From positions 13,702,001 to 13,766,000 of the forward strand of contig JBHGNT010000001.1 of NCBI GenBank assembly GCA_043228905.1: a stretch of DNA of 64,000 nt, written 5' to 3'. Of this stretch, positions 13,696 to 25,754 are shown piece after piece. This DNA comes from Azolla caroliniana. Lineage: Eukaryota; Plantae; Polypodiophyta. Both the position numbers and the translations under genes were made by a program. Position 1 is the first letter of the stretch. Each line of letters opens with the position of its first letter. The notes under the pieces are model-generated. The model searched no databases, was not told where the DNA came from, and saw nothing but the letters and a program-made list of their open reading frames with translations.

Positions 13696-14192
13696 TGTTG
13701 TCCATAGGCCAAAAATATAAATACATTATGTAAACTCGCCGGTAGGTAGAATGGTAGGTGAGGAAATAGGTAAAACTAGAAATAGTCGAGTTTTTAGCCC
13801 TCACAATCAGCCAATGGCTCAGCTTTGTCTGAAGAGTAAAATATATAACCCGAGATATGCCTACCTCAAGGGGGGAGATCTAGATCATTTTTAGCGAGAT
13901 TAATATTGTAGAATCGAGCTTTGGACGAACTGTTTCCGGCCGAGAGTCGTGTACTGTAATCACTTAGAACTTTATCATTTAATATAAGTTCCGCTCTTAC
14001 TATTCTTGTATCTGTGTATTCTCCCCGTACTTGTAAACCGAGCTACGTTTATGCCTAACGGGTTGTCGCCTGTGTACGCTCCTCGTTCTTCTATCGTCTT
14101 CTCAGTGTAGAAGAGGCTTCCACGTAACACGATCCCTTGATACCGATAGCCTGTGAGCTCATCAAAGGTGTTTCCCCTAGAAACGGTTAACA
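13696..14192 (+). repeat. 3' LTR of the Gypsy element
   Basis: Direct repeat of 5303-5800, followed by TSD AGGTA. Confidence 0.95.
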
Positions 14193-14221
14193 AGGTACAC
14201 AAAGAGTGTTTATGTTGTTCT

Positions 14222-14259
<38 letters not shown>

Positions 14260-15514
14260 GTGTATTCTCGTGTATTTATGCTTTCCATTAAACACCCATT
14301 CTGTGTTCAAACTAAGCCCTAACAATTAGGACGTGTTGAAACTATGATATAAATTGGGAGGAGTCGGCCTTTTATGCCAACAAACTCCTCCATAAAAGGA
14401 CTACGCTTTCTACTTACAATTGTATGGGGTTATCTCCCCTGTGAACCTCAATTACAATTTTAATCTAAAGTTATGATTACAAGTCGTTCGGCATGTTGCC
14501 AAGTCGGTAGAGATATGGTCGGTATCTTGCCTAATTTGGCTAGTTATCCAGATTGGCTTGTCCCAATCAATCGGATCTTCGACTTACCTTCTGCTCTTTG
14601 TTCGGCTGTCTTCTGCTCGGTCACTTATCATAGTCCCATCTTTGTCCTCAGTGCTCCGAAGTGTTGATCTGGGAGTGGCTTCGTCAAGCAATCGATGATG
14701 TTCACCTTGGTGTCGATCTTCTGAACTTTGAGCTTCTTTTCGATTACAAGATCTTTCTTTGCATGATAGACACGATTATTGATGAGGTGTATTGCGCTTT
14801 GTGAGTCGTTGTAGATTGTCGGCAAGGTCGGGTCGAGTCGCCACCATCGCATATATGATGCTTCCTACGACCGATACGTAGGGTATCTTTCTGTTAATCT
14901 CTTACTCCTCGCCGTTGAAGGAGAGTCTCTGTCCGATAGTCGGATCGACGTTGGAAGTGGTGTTGGTATTGGCTTCACTTTCTCCATGTTGAAGTGCTTC
15001 AACACCTTTCAAATATAGTCGGACTGGGAGAGTCCGAGAGCCTTTGTCGTCCGATTTCGCTCTACCCTCATGTCCATTATGTGTCGGGTTTGTCCTAGTT
15101 CCCTCATCGCAAACTTGTCGTGAAGGCTCGGAATCCCTTTGTCGGATAGGTACTATTTGAAGGCTCGGAATGTGTATTCACCTCCATTGTCGGATCAAGG
15201 TGTCTTCACTCTGTATCCTGACCGGTCCTATTGATCTCTCAGGCGTACGACCACATATATCTGTGTGCATGAGGTCTAGGGGCTGTTGTATTGTCTCGTA
15301 ATGGAGAGACTGCGGACGTTGGGTGAGTTTCCCGTATCGACAATGGTCGCATAAGTCCTTCTTTGCTTGGAGTTTAGGGATGTAGCCAACCGCTATCAGC
15401 CGATCTAGGCCAACTTGAGACATATGGTCGAGTCGGCCATGCCATAGGTTTGGGTCGGGCTTTTCGGTTATGTTCATGGCCCCTTCTGGATTGATCGCCA
15501 TAATTGGGTACAAG

Positions 15515-16180
15515 CATAGATTGTCATATTCACATTCATGGGGTTTCCCATTCGAATGCATACAAATACACATACGAATGCATGTTCAAGTATTCGTTTA
15601 TAAAAAAGAAAAAAGAGAGTCCAAGAATTCCTTCCTTTTTCAGTTTACTAGGATAAGAAAAAAAGAGACTTCACAATAAAAAGGGACATTAAAAGAGGGA
15701 CTATAAAAAGGAACATTAAGAGGTACTTGACACTAATAAATTTTTATAATAAATATAAAAGTATTGGTTTTATTTTTAATAAATAAATAAAATACAATAA
15801 AGGTTCATTAATTCCTCACTTTTTATTCTCTAAAAAATTATAGATATTTTTATTTTGATATTAAAAATTGGACTTCACACTGATCATATTTCTATAATAA
15901 ATTAATTAATTAAAAGAAAGGTTCATAAACTTCTGCATTTTTTATTTGACACTATAAAAGAGAGTTAATACTAATCATATGTATATAATCTATTAATGAA
16001 TGATTGTTCTTTTTTTAGTGAATTAAATTTATTTAAATAAAAAAATGAATTAAGTAATATTTTATATATTTTTGTAAAATGAATGGTTTTATAATATTCT
16101 TGGGGCCATTTCGTATTCTCGAATATTAAGAATATCACACATGGAGAATATGACGAATATCACGCATGTGTCAATCTATG
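15515..16180. mobile_element. hAT-type MITE (non-autonomous, AT-rich)
   Basis: TIRs CATAGATTGtCAtAT and CATAGATTGaCAcAT (13/15). Perfect 8-bp TSD GGTACAAG at 15507-15514 and 16181-16188. Interrupts Copia coding sequence. Confidence 0.9.
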
Positions 16181-17668
16181 GGTACAAGTTGTTATACTTG
16201 TGCCCATGTCCAATTTTCAAGATTCCCTGTCTTATCATCCATGTTGACTTGCTCAGAGTTGTTCTATACCCATCTTTGGCAAACATGCCGAAGGAGACCA
16301 GACTCCTTTTTAGTGCGGGTACATGCCGAACTTGGTGTAGGATAATTGAGTTGCCATTTGACAATTGAATTGGTACTTCGCCTACTCTTGCAATTTTGAT
16401 TCCTGCCTATTGCCTAGTTGAACTGTGTTGGTGGCGTCGACTTAATAGTTTGAACACCATTCGATGTTTGGGGGGTTATGTGAATGTGGCGCCGGAGTCC
16501 AACAACCACGTATGTGCATCTTGTGCACTGTACAGGACTTCTTTGATCATCGAGTCCTCTAAGGAGAGGATTTCTCCCGATCGGGTGTCAGCAACATTAA
16601 CGTGGTTGCTGATTGGAGAGTGGTTAGAGTCGGATCATCCGCTCTCTATTCTCTGAATCAACCAGTAGTCAGAAACATTGTGACAGGCTTTTCTGCAATG
16701 GGTGTAAAATTTGCCTGATCAACTGGTTCTCGACTTTGACCATTATCGGTCTCCCCTCGTTCTTGACCGATTGGTATTCCGACCGGTTCTGTAAGCTTGT
16801 TCTTTCAATGGACTTAATCGGTCAACCGACTCGGTTGAGTGGTGGGCTTTTGTTGATTCGTCGATGGTGAGTCCAATCGATTTTCACCGAATGTCCTCAC
16901 TGAGGACGTGGCCAATTGTCTCATCCAGATTTAGGATCGAATGGGTATTGGCAAATGTCGTGTCGAATACCTCCCAACTCGTCGACAAGCTCCACAAGAG
17001 GGTAAGGGATTTCATTTCTTCGACGAAGTTAATCCCTTGAGAGGAGAGTTCAAACAACACCCAACTTAACGTGTTGATGTGGGATGTAGTTGGATCGGTC
17101 TCTCTCATCTTCATGTTGAATAGTTGTCTGATCAATATCAGTTTCAATGATGAGGACTTCTTCTCGTATACAACTTGTAGTTTCTCCCACAGTGAGTATG
17201 CTATCATCTTTTTTGCCATGCTGAAGTAGACATTTTCGACTAGATACATCTGAAAGGTGGAGTGAGTGATTTCATCTATTGATCTGCACTCTTCGGCTAA
17301 CATTGTAGCATGCTTTCTGCTATGCCGGATGGATTCGACCTGTCTTTGAATGATCAAGACGTCTTGCATCATCTCCTTCCATAGGGCAAAGCTTTTCTCG
17401 TTGAATTTTCGGATCTCAACTCCTGTTCCGGATGTTGAGGCCATGTTCTTTATGGAAGTAAGATTCACTACCTAGTGTTTTCCTTAAGTTCTTTTTGTTC
17501 TTTCGTTGCTGCCGAGCAACAAGTTCGCTCTGAGATACCAGTTGTGAACAGATATGCGCAGAAGAACATTTGAGGATCTGTTTAGAAGTACTCAACATAC
17601 AACACAGAAAGGATGAAGATAAGAAGATAGACACAGTCTTAAGCTTTAATGGAAGCTTTAGTATTTAT

Positions 17669-17669
<1 letters not shown>

Positions 17670-17728
<59 letters not shown>
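17670..17728 (+). repeat. (CT)n microsatellite
   Basis: Pure CT run. Confidence 0.95.
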
Positions 17729-17729
<1 letters not shown>

Positions 17730-17731
<2 letters not shown>

Positions 17732-18765
17732 TAGAGGCGGGTAAGCAAGCATACTATGCATTTGAGAACACATGCAATCTTGGAAATATTAAGTGTTGGG
17801 TCGTTAGGAAATATCTTTTCGACACTTTGGTGACACCGGTTCTTCTCTATCAGGTGAAAGTATGGGGTGGTAGCATCCCTAAATCTATGTGTAAAGAGTT
17901 TGAAAATGTCCAAAAACATTTTCTTACAAAGTTTCTATAAGTTAAGAAAGAAACTCCCTACACCCTCCTCCTCGAGACAGGATCGCTTCCCATTGAGATC
18001 ATGGCCATTGAAAGGGTTGTTGAATACATGCTTAAGGCTCAAAAATGTCCCTCTCATCGACTTCCTAGAATTGCATGGGAAGCAAGAAGATCCAAAAGAC
18101 GCATAAAAGCAAAATTTTGTGTTCTGGTTGGATGCAAGATATAGAAAAATGGTTTGGTAGATGGGATGCGAGACTCTTGCTTCATGATGCATCATTAGAT
18201 TCCTCTGTAAATGAGGCCTTTTTGTAATGCCAAGGTATCATGACATGGGACAAATGTGGAGGCTCACGCTTCACACATTATACTACACATGTTGCACCTA
18301 ACTATAAAACCATATTCTTTGCGGAACGGGGAAATCGTACACATCGATACATGTTAAAGCCCATACCGTTATCTACCATTCGAACCATTGCTTCCATGCG
18401 ACTTAGCTCACATGCATTGTGATGTAAAACAAGGTGTTGGGGCACAAGTGATGAGAGTGGTTGGCTATGCACACTTTGCCCTAAACAAGTTCGCGAGTCT
18501 GAGTATCACACTTTAATACAATGCTCTGTCTTTGATCATATTTGACCATGCTTTCCACATCTCTTCGACCAAGCCCAATCCTTGCATGAATTCCTCTCAC
18601 AACTACAATGCGCACACTCGATTGCAAAATTCATTGGTAAAGTTTTTGAACTTCGAGAGTCACTGCTCACTTTCACACGTATCACGTGAAATGTAATATT
18701 TTTGGTCTCATAGGTCATATTTGACCTCCGAAGACGATAATATAATCTATCTATCTGTCTATCTC
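17730..18765 (+). mobile_element. 5'-truncated RTE-like LINE (RT C-terminal region) with short tandem-repeat tail
   Basis: Plus frame reads AGKQAYYAFENTC...KYLFDTLVTPVLLYQVKVWGG...FENVQKHFL; ends in (CTAT)n near 18746-18762. Confidence 0.7.
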
Positions 18766-18879
18766 TCAAAGAATCTAGATACAAGAATGATCAAGCAAGC
18801 CGTATTACAATGTTAGGTTATTGCTTATATACTAAGCGCCAACTATTTCGATGTTTTCACACTAAGATACAAATAGGGA

Positions 18880-21800
18880 GTCAGCCTTTTAATGCAACAG
18901 AGTGGGTCGAGGACCACTCAACCGGACAAACGGATGCTATACACAGAGGCGGATCGATCTTGTGGGCGTGGAGGATGAGGTGGGTCGGCACGCAACAACG
19001 ACAGCCGGCAAGAGCAGAACCGAAGGCACAGAGATAGTGCCAACAAGAGTTCTCAACCCTTCACAAGTAGGGGGAGTCAAAGCGGCACGGGAAACCAGCA
19101 AGGGAAGGCCGACACAAAATGTTGGTATTGTGGCAAGAACAGCTATCGGGAGAGTGAGTATTGGAAGAAGCACACCGATTCAGATAAATCCAGACACGAC
19201 AAGACTAGACAAGGGAGGCGACAAAGCTTTCACTACGCAGAGGGATCGGAAAAGGGCCAACCTTTGTGATGAAACACAAGGCGAACTCGATGAAGAAGAC
19301 AACTTCCGGATCAGAGGAAGTGTGGTATGTTGATTCCGGAGCGTCTAGCCACATGACGAGCAACCAAGAGTGGTTCTCGTTTCTGGAAAAGCCAGAGTAA
19401 TCGGGAGTTGTCGAAATTGGAGACGACACTCCTCACCCGATCGTGCATGTCACAGAAGTTCCCTTGAGTCAGTCGGACAAAAAGGGAAATTCATGAACGT
19501 GCTTCAGGACCCGACAATCACGAAGAATCTGGTGTCGATCAAGCAAATCATCGACTAGGGGATATAGGTGCGTTTTACACAACTTGGGTGCTTCATTGAG
19601 GAAGAAGGCCAGATCATCGCTCAAGGACGCCGGGATGGGAGGATGTCTATGCTCGACACCAACGACATCGGCACTTCCTTGTTTGCCAAAGGACAGAAGG
19701 TCGAGTTAGATATGGACCTGTGACATAAGAATATCAGCCACATCAATTGTTAGAGGCTTGAAGACCTGCAATTGAAACAGGTTATTTTCGGATTGCCGGA
19801 ATTTAGTGGCCGAAAGGCCCAAATTTGTGAAGCATGCTAGCTCGAGAAGCAACACCGGCTTCCCTTCCCCACCGAAAGAAATTGGCGCCGTAACAAGCTT
19901 GACTTTATACACTCGGATGTATGGGGACGGGCACAAAATGTTAATCTTGGTGGGAGTCGATATTTCGTCTCCTTCATCGACTCCTTCAGGTGTCACACAT
20001 GGATCTATCTAATCGAGAGGAAAAGTGAAGTTTTTGAATGTTTCCGGAATCTAAAGAGCTTAGTTGAATGGGAAACGGAAAGGAAGATCAAGTGTATACA
20101 GTCGGATGGCAAAAAAGAGTAATTTTCCGGCCAATTCAAAAGTCATCTACAGCAGAAGGGAATTTGGAGAGAATTCAGTTGTAGATACACATCGGAACAA
20201 AACGGTGTGGCCGAAAGGAAAAATCGGTCAATCGTCGAGGCGGCACGGGCAATGCTGGAAGAGAAGAGCATGCCCAAATTCTATTAGGCTGAAGTGGTCT
20301 AGACGACCGTTTACATCCAAATCGAATCGGGGATAAGGTGTCATCACATGAGCTATATTTCGGGTGGAAGCCAAATTGACGACATCTTAGGGTTTTTTAT
20401 AGCATTGCCCATGTGCATCTGCCGGATGAGAACTAGAGAAAGTTGGACCCGAAGTTAGAGAAGTGCATAGTAGTTGGCTACTCTCATGAGCAAAAGGGGT
20501 ATAAGTGCTACAACCCCCCGACAAAGACAGTCTGAGTAAGCCGAGATGTCGATTTTGACGACTTGGCATCTTGGTACACTTTGCCAACTCCAACCCCTGA
20601 CTCCGGCCCCCGACTCCAACCCGATCCCGGAAGATGAGTCTAGTGAGCTGGAAACGATCCGTGCATAAGAGGAAGAAGGATTTGATACTCTAGATGAGAG
20701 TCCGATCTCATTTCGGTTGTAGAAAGACCAACAAGATGAAGCGCCGACAAGCAATGAAGACTCAGCCATGCTTTCCCCACTTAAGGAGCTGAGGAGACGG
20801 TTCACACTTAAAGAGAAAGGGAAGAAGAAGATGTTGGAATATGACACCCGAAGAGACGAGTCGGATCGACGCGAATCTGACTCTAGAAAGAACAGAGACG
20901 GATCTTCGGAAGCGAAGTTCGCGTCAGCCAAGAGGGCCAAGAAATCAATAGAGTAGAAATTGTGCTAATCCACTCGCCAAAAGAACCCCGAAGTTCTGTA
21001 CAACTATAGCAAGTATATGGTGCATCACTATGCGTCCATGACGAAAGTGGCGGAAGTGCGTGACCCGGAGTGCTACAAAGAAGCGGCAAAGGACACACAT
21101 TGGCGTCCCGCTATGGAGGAAGATATGCGGGCACTCGATGCTAATGACACATTGGACCTAATTGACCCTTCTCGACATTGCAAAACGATTGGTTGCAAGT
21201 GGGTGTACAGGGTAAAGTATAATGTGCTGACGGTTTCGGTCAACTGGTACAAGGCCTAGTTAGTGGCTAAGTCATACGCAAAGACCCATGAAATCAACTA
21301 CGACAAGACCTTCGCTCTGGAAGTGAAGATGATGACAATTCGTGTGGTGTTGGTGGTTGTTGCGGCATGGGGATGGCGTCTTCACTAAATGGACATGAAA
21401 AATGTGTTTCTTCAAGGTGACCTTGACGAATAGCTCTACATGATACAACCCCCCCTGGTTTTCAGTCAGAGATGAATAAATCGCCAGTGTGCCGACTGAG
21501 AAGTTGCTTTATGGCCTGAAGCAAGCCCCTCGTGCTTGGAATTTGAAAATCACGCACCGGTTGCATAAGACGGAGTTAATGGCCTCAAAGTCCGACTCAT
21601 CGTTTTTCATCCGGAAAGGTTCGTACGGTCCGGTAAGTATCCTGCTATATGTGGACGATCTCATCATTACCGGGCCCAGACTCACTGAAATTGGCCGATG
21701 AAGTCCTAGTTGTCCGATGCATTCACAATGAAGGACGTGGGGTACCTTCATTACTTCCTCGGGATCGAGGTGATCCATACCCCCGACGACATAATTTTGT

Positions 21801-23408
21801 CCCAGAGACATTATGTGTTGAATATATTGTCCAAGTTCGGCATGACCGATTGCCAACCAGTCTCCACACCCTTGGACTGGAACTTGAAGCTACGTCCTGA
21901 CTCCAAATGAGCCTACGATGAGAAATGGTTCCGACAAAGTATTCGAAGCCTTATTTGTTTTATATGCAAACGTATAGTTTACTATTATTATGCAAATCTC
22001 TAGTTTACCCTTTGCTTATGTGTAGACTTCACATAATTTGTGGTGTTAAGTCTCCATATAATTCTTTTCCACTTTCAGCTCTAAGTATCTAACCTTAATG
22101 AAGTCCAACACACACACACACACATGCGTGCGCGTCTTAGCGGCAAAGAGCCAACAATCTATAATTGACCTTGGTTGATTCGCAACCAACCACCAACAAC
22201 ACACCCTTACTTTGGTACTACCCTTGGTTGTTTGACAATCACCCGACCCGACATGAACTATCTGGTCGGAATGATCTGTCAATTTATGCAGAAGCCAACA
22301 TGAAATCTTCACCAAGGCTTTAGGAACCGACAACTTGCAACATTTTTTGGAGATGATTGGTCTTCAATATCTCGATAGGCCGCACTTGAGGGGGAGAACT
22401 GGTACTGGTACAGGGAGAACCGGAATAGAAACCAGAAAGGCAGGTAATGGCACTAGACAAGTCGCCGGAGAGAAAGAAATTGAAGGGGGACATAAGAAGA
22501 AAAAGGAAGCTGAGTCGACTGAGGAAGTCGGCACATCAGATAAAATCGGAACAAGCGGCGACAGCGGCAAAGTGAAGAAGGATAGAACCGGTTGGAGGAA
22601 AAAGGCCAAGACCTAGACGTGGTCCGATGTGGTGTTGAAGACGAATTGGAGACAATCAATTCGGACAAGAGCTGGAACAAATTGGAGGCAGCCGATTGGA
22701 AAGAGGTGTTTGATTCGGAGGAGTCGGATCAACAAAAGGCCAAATAGACTGGAAGGCACTGGAAATCGACATCGACGGGTCGAGAAGGGCCAAAGACGCA
22801 ACAATGCAAAGTTGGATGGGTCGTGGGAAGCGGGAATGGACCGGACGAGGAGCGTGAGGCAGGCGGGAAGATGCTAGGAGGAACTAGATGAAGGGATCAT
22901 CAGACACACACAGTGATCCGGCCTCAAGTTGAGCTTGAGGGGGAGTGTTGAGCGGGCAAGCTCAACCGGATCCGGATCGGCTTAATAAGCCAAAGCCGGA
23001 TCAATATTCGGAACAGTTAAGTACCTGGATCGGTGTCCCGATTTATCGGTATTCGGAACCTAGAGTTGGACCGGAGAACCGGATCTTACTACGGAATAGT
23101 GAGAACCGGTAGGCTGTTGGAGCCTACAGTCGGAGCCTAGTATGTAGGCATATTCCTTGGAGTTAGTGTGAGTTGTTCGTATGACCATTGAAGTACGTGT
23201 CAGTATTTCTATCAGTCCTTTTAAGGACTTGTATAAAAAGTGTTTTGTAGGACATTTGTAGGTACACAATGCGTGTTATTTTTTGAATTGAGTTTATGTT
23301 ATTTTTCTCTATCTCTCCCATGTATTCTTGTGTATCCAAGCTTTCCATTAAACCTCAGTTTTGTGTTTTGTGTTATCCAGACTAGCCGGTTTTGTCTTAG
23401 CTTTCACA
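18880..23408 (+). mobile_element. Decayed Ty1/Copia (gag end, PR, INT, RT, partial RH, PPT, 3' LTR 22946-23408)
   Basis: WYVDSGASSHMT (about 19322), [48 protein letters not shown] precedes TGTTGAG. Confidence 0.9.
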
Positions 23409-25247
23409 CAATATCTTTTACAATATGTACATATATATTTTTACCTATAATTTGACTGACATATAATTATATTTACATATAAAGATAAATAATTGTATTT
23501 TGCACGCAAAAAGACGCATGGGTGGAGTGGGGGAGACTCAAATGGAGGGGGAGCTCAAATGCACGGAAGGGGGGAATTTGAATGAAGGAGGGAATCGAAG
23601 GGGATTTTTTTTCTGCTTAAGGGTGGGCAACTCAAAGAATGTGCAGAAGTTTATTTTTTGGGTGGGGAGGGGGGCAGTCGAAGGATGGGCGAGAAGCGAA
23701 AGCTCAAAAAAAAGCCTATGGGTGCTCTCTCTAAACCAAAAATTGAGTAACTTCAAAATAAGCCCTTTTCTTATAGAGAAAGAGGTCCCTAGATTTTAAA
23801 TCAAATGCCTTTTTTATTCTCTTTGCTTCGAAATTGCAGAAAATGAATAATTCCATGACACACTACCAAAATTTGAACTCCTCATTTGTTATTAATAGTT
23901 AATAGCCCTAACTAACACACCATTTATTTTTCGCTATATATACATATTCAAATCCTTTGATATTGTGGATGAACCACTTTTTTATCTACTTTCTACTTAT
24001 GGGTTTGCCACATTATGACATCCACCCACACCAAACTACATATCCTCCAACATGTGCAAGTAAACGAGAAGGATTGGTGGGAACAAAGGTAGTCAACTTT
24101 TGATATCTTCATTTCCCATGCCTTTCCTACATCGTCTTTGTTCTTCCATCTTGATTACTTCCACTCTTCCCACCAAAACTAAGGCCACCATCTGATCATG
24201 TCTAGATCTTTCAATTGCACTTTGCACCACCATGAATCGTTGTCGTGGCGTCATTTGCTTCTCCTTAGTATAACCCTTATTTCTCTAAGTATGTGCTAGC
24301 TTTGTTGAACTGCTATCCCCTTCCCCTCCCTTTATCGCCCATCCACTCTCTCCTTCATTACACCCCATCCAAACATCAACTTTGACTACTCAGTGTAGTC
24401 CCTTTAAGTACATGCCCTATTTCAGGCCTTTAGATGTCCACGTTTCATGTCTCTTGCTTTGACCTTTTTCGTTGTATTCTCTTACATTAGATCTTCACGT
24501 TGGTGTCCTCCTTCATGTCGGATGTCACGATCACATCCAAACGAACACCCATTATTTATGTGTTCATGCCCACCTTCAAGTCGGATGTCACGTTTAAATT
24601 TGGAGGAACACTCGTGGGCATGCTACACATTTTCCCCTTGTTGTGCACTATAGTGCTAGTTTTGGCCACCTTGTCCTTCGTATCAGTGTTGCCCTTCTCT
24701 TCCTTGCAACGAACATCCATTTCTTAGGTCATACATAAGTTCATGGTCGCAATTACCCAAGTCTCTAGAACTCGTGGGAAGGAAGTCCTTGAACATTTTT
24801 CATCCTTCTACTCTGCCATGTTGTGCATAGCCACCTCCATCTTGGCATCGTTGTCCTGGGATACCTCTCCAACTATATAGGGGTGAAAGCATCCGAGTGG
24901 AAACAATTATCTATGTCCTTGACATAGCTAATTAGCTATGCAAAAAGCTTCCATTGATAAATAGTCATTTTAGTAAAAAGCTATCATTAATAAATTAACT
25001 ATGCAAAAAGCTACCATTGAAAATACTAGAGTGTTTTAATTACATATGTAAATGAGTGCCATAAATGTGCAACATAAACATGCAACATAAATTGATATGT
25101 GCACCATAAATGTGTACCTTAAATTATATATCGAATTCCTAGGTCCATTATGCATGATCCTTTGCCACATCACGTAGGCCATCTCTAGTTGAGTATTGTG
25201 GGTTAGTTGCTATCATTGTTGCTAAACCCTATCGAGTCCACCTGCCA

Positions 25248-25439
25248 CCACTCTACACTGAGGGGCCGCTACTGTGCGTTCCAAGCATCATCAAAGAGTT
25301 GTTCAATCTGACGGGGTTCTCTTCTCTGTGCCACTCTACACGCAGGGGCCACTACTGTGCGTTTCAAGCATCATCAAAGAGCTGTTGAATCTGACGAGGT
25401 TCTCTTCTCTGTGCCACTCTACACTCAGGGGCCGCTACT
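25248..25439 (+). repeat. 83-bp tandem repeat, about 2.3 copies
   Basis: CCACTCTACAC recurs at 25248, 25331 and 25414. Confidence 0.9.
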
Positions 25440-25754
25440 ATCCAGTCCTGGATTGCTTCCACATTTTGATTTGACGGAGTTCACTCATCCAACGACAACA
25501 TTCTACACTCAGTTGTCGCCATTGGTAGGTCTTGGATCGCCTCCTCAACTGTTCGATCCAACGGAGTGAACTCCTCTACTGTTCGGTCTTGGATTGCAAT
25601 AACTTTTCTGTCTATTGATTATCTTGTGTATTTTTGTGTCTAATCTTGTGTATTATGGAATATTTTTGTGTATTATGGAATATTTTTGTGTATTGTTGTT
25701 GCTCATAGCCATATTAAATACTTGTTTTTTTTTCTGGAAATTTAGGGTTTTAAT

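Larger units (their letters stand above)
5303..14192 (+). mobile_element. Ty3/Gypsy non-chromovirus-type LTR retrotransposon, full span, decayed
   Basis: LTRs 5303-5800 and 13696-14192 (TGTTG...TAACA). 5-bp TSD AGGTA at 5298-5302 and 14193-14197. Domain order gag-PR-RT-INT; no chromodomain seen. Confidence 0.95.
3412..14324 (+). mobile_element. Internally deleted Copia remnant (LTR piece 3412-3627; gag-end/PR/INT 3628-5285; LTR piece 5286-5302 + 14198-14324) hosting a Gypsy insertion
   Basis: LTR pieces match the LTR at 22946-23408. Protease WLLDSGA (4061 ORF) and integrase SDNGGEY/YTPMQN are present with stops and frameshifts. Confidence 0.75.
14628..17728 (-). mobile_element. Deleted Ty1/Copia element (gag, PR, partial INT/RT/RH; PBS 17528-17540; 5' LTR from 17543)
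   Basis: gag ORF 16884-17468 (FALWKEMMQDVL), WLLDSGA, LWHGRLDH, RH end IIDCLTKPL. Met-type PBS TGGTATC(TC)AGAG on the minus strand. Confidence 0.85.

Noticed and set aside
5303-14192. Element being minus-oriented, with 13693-13677 as an ordinary PBS
   Set aside because: All coding domains and the LTR TATA are on +, a PBS-like motif follows the left LTR, and no minus-strand PPT abuts it. Retained only as an alternative to test.
23480-23790. Helitron-like end shared with 33420-33550 (AAATAAGCCCTTTTC..TATAGAGA)
   Set aside because: Short shared repeat, but no 3' hairpin/CTRR end or coding evidence to classify it.
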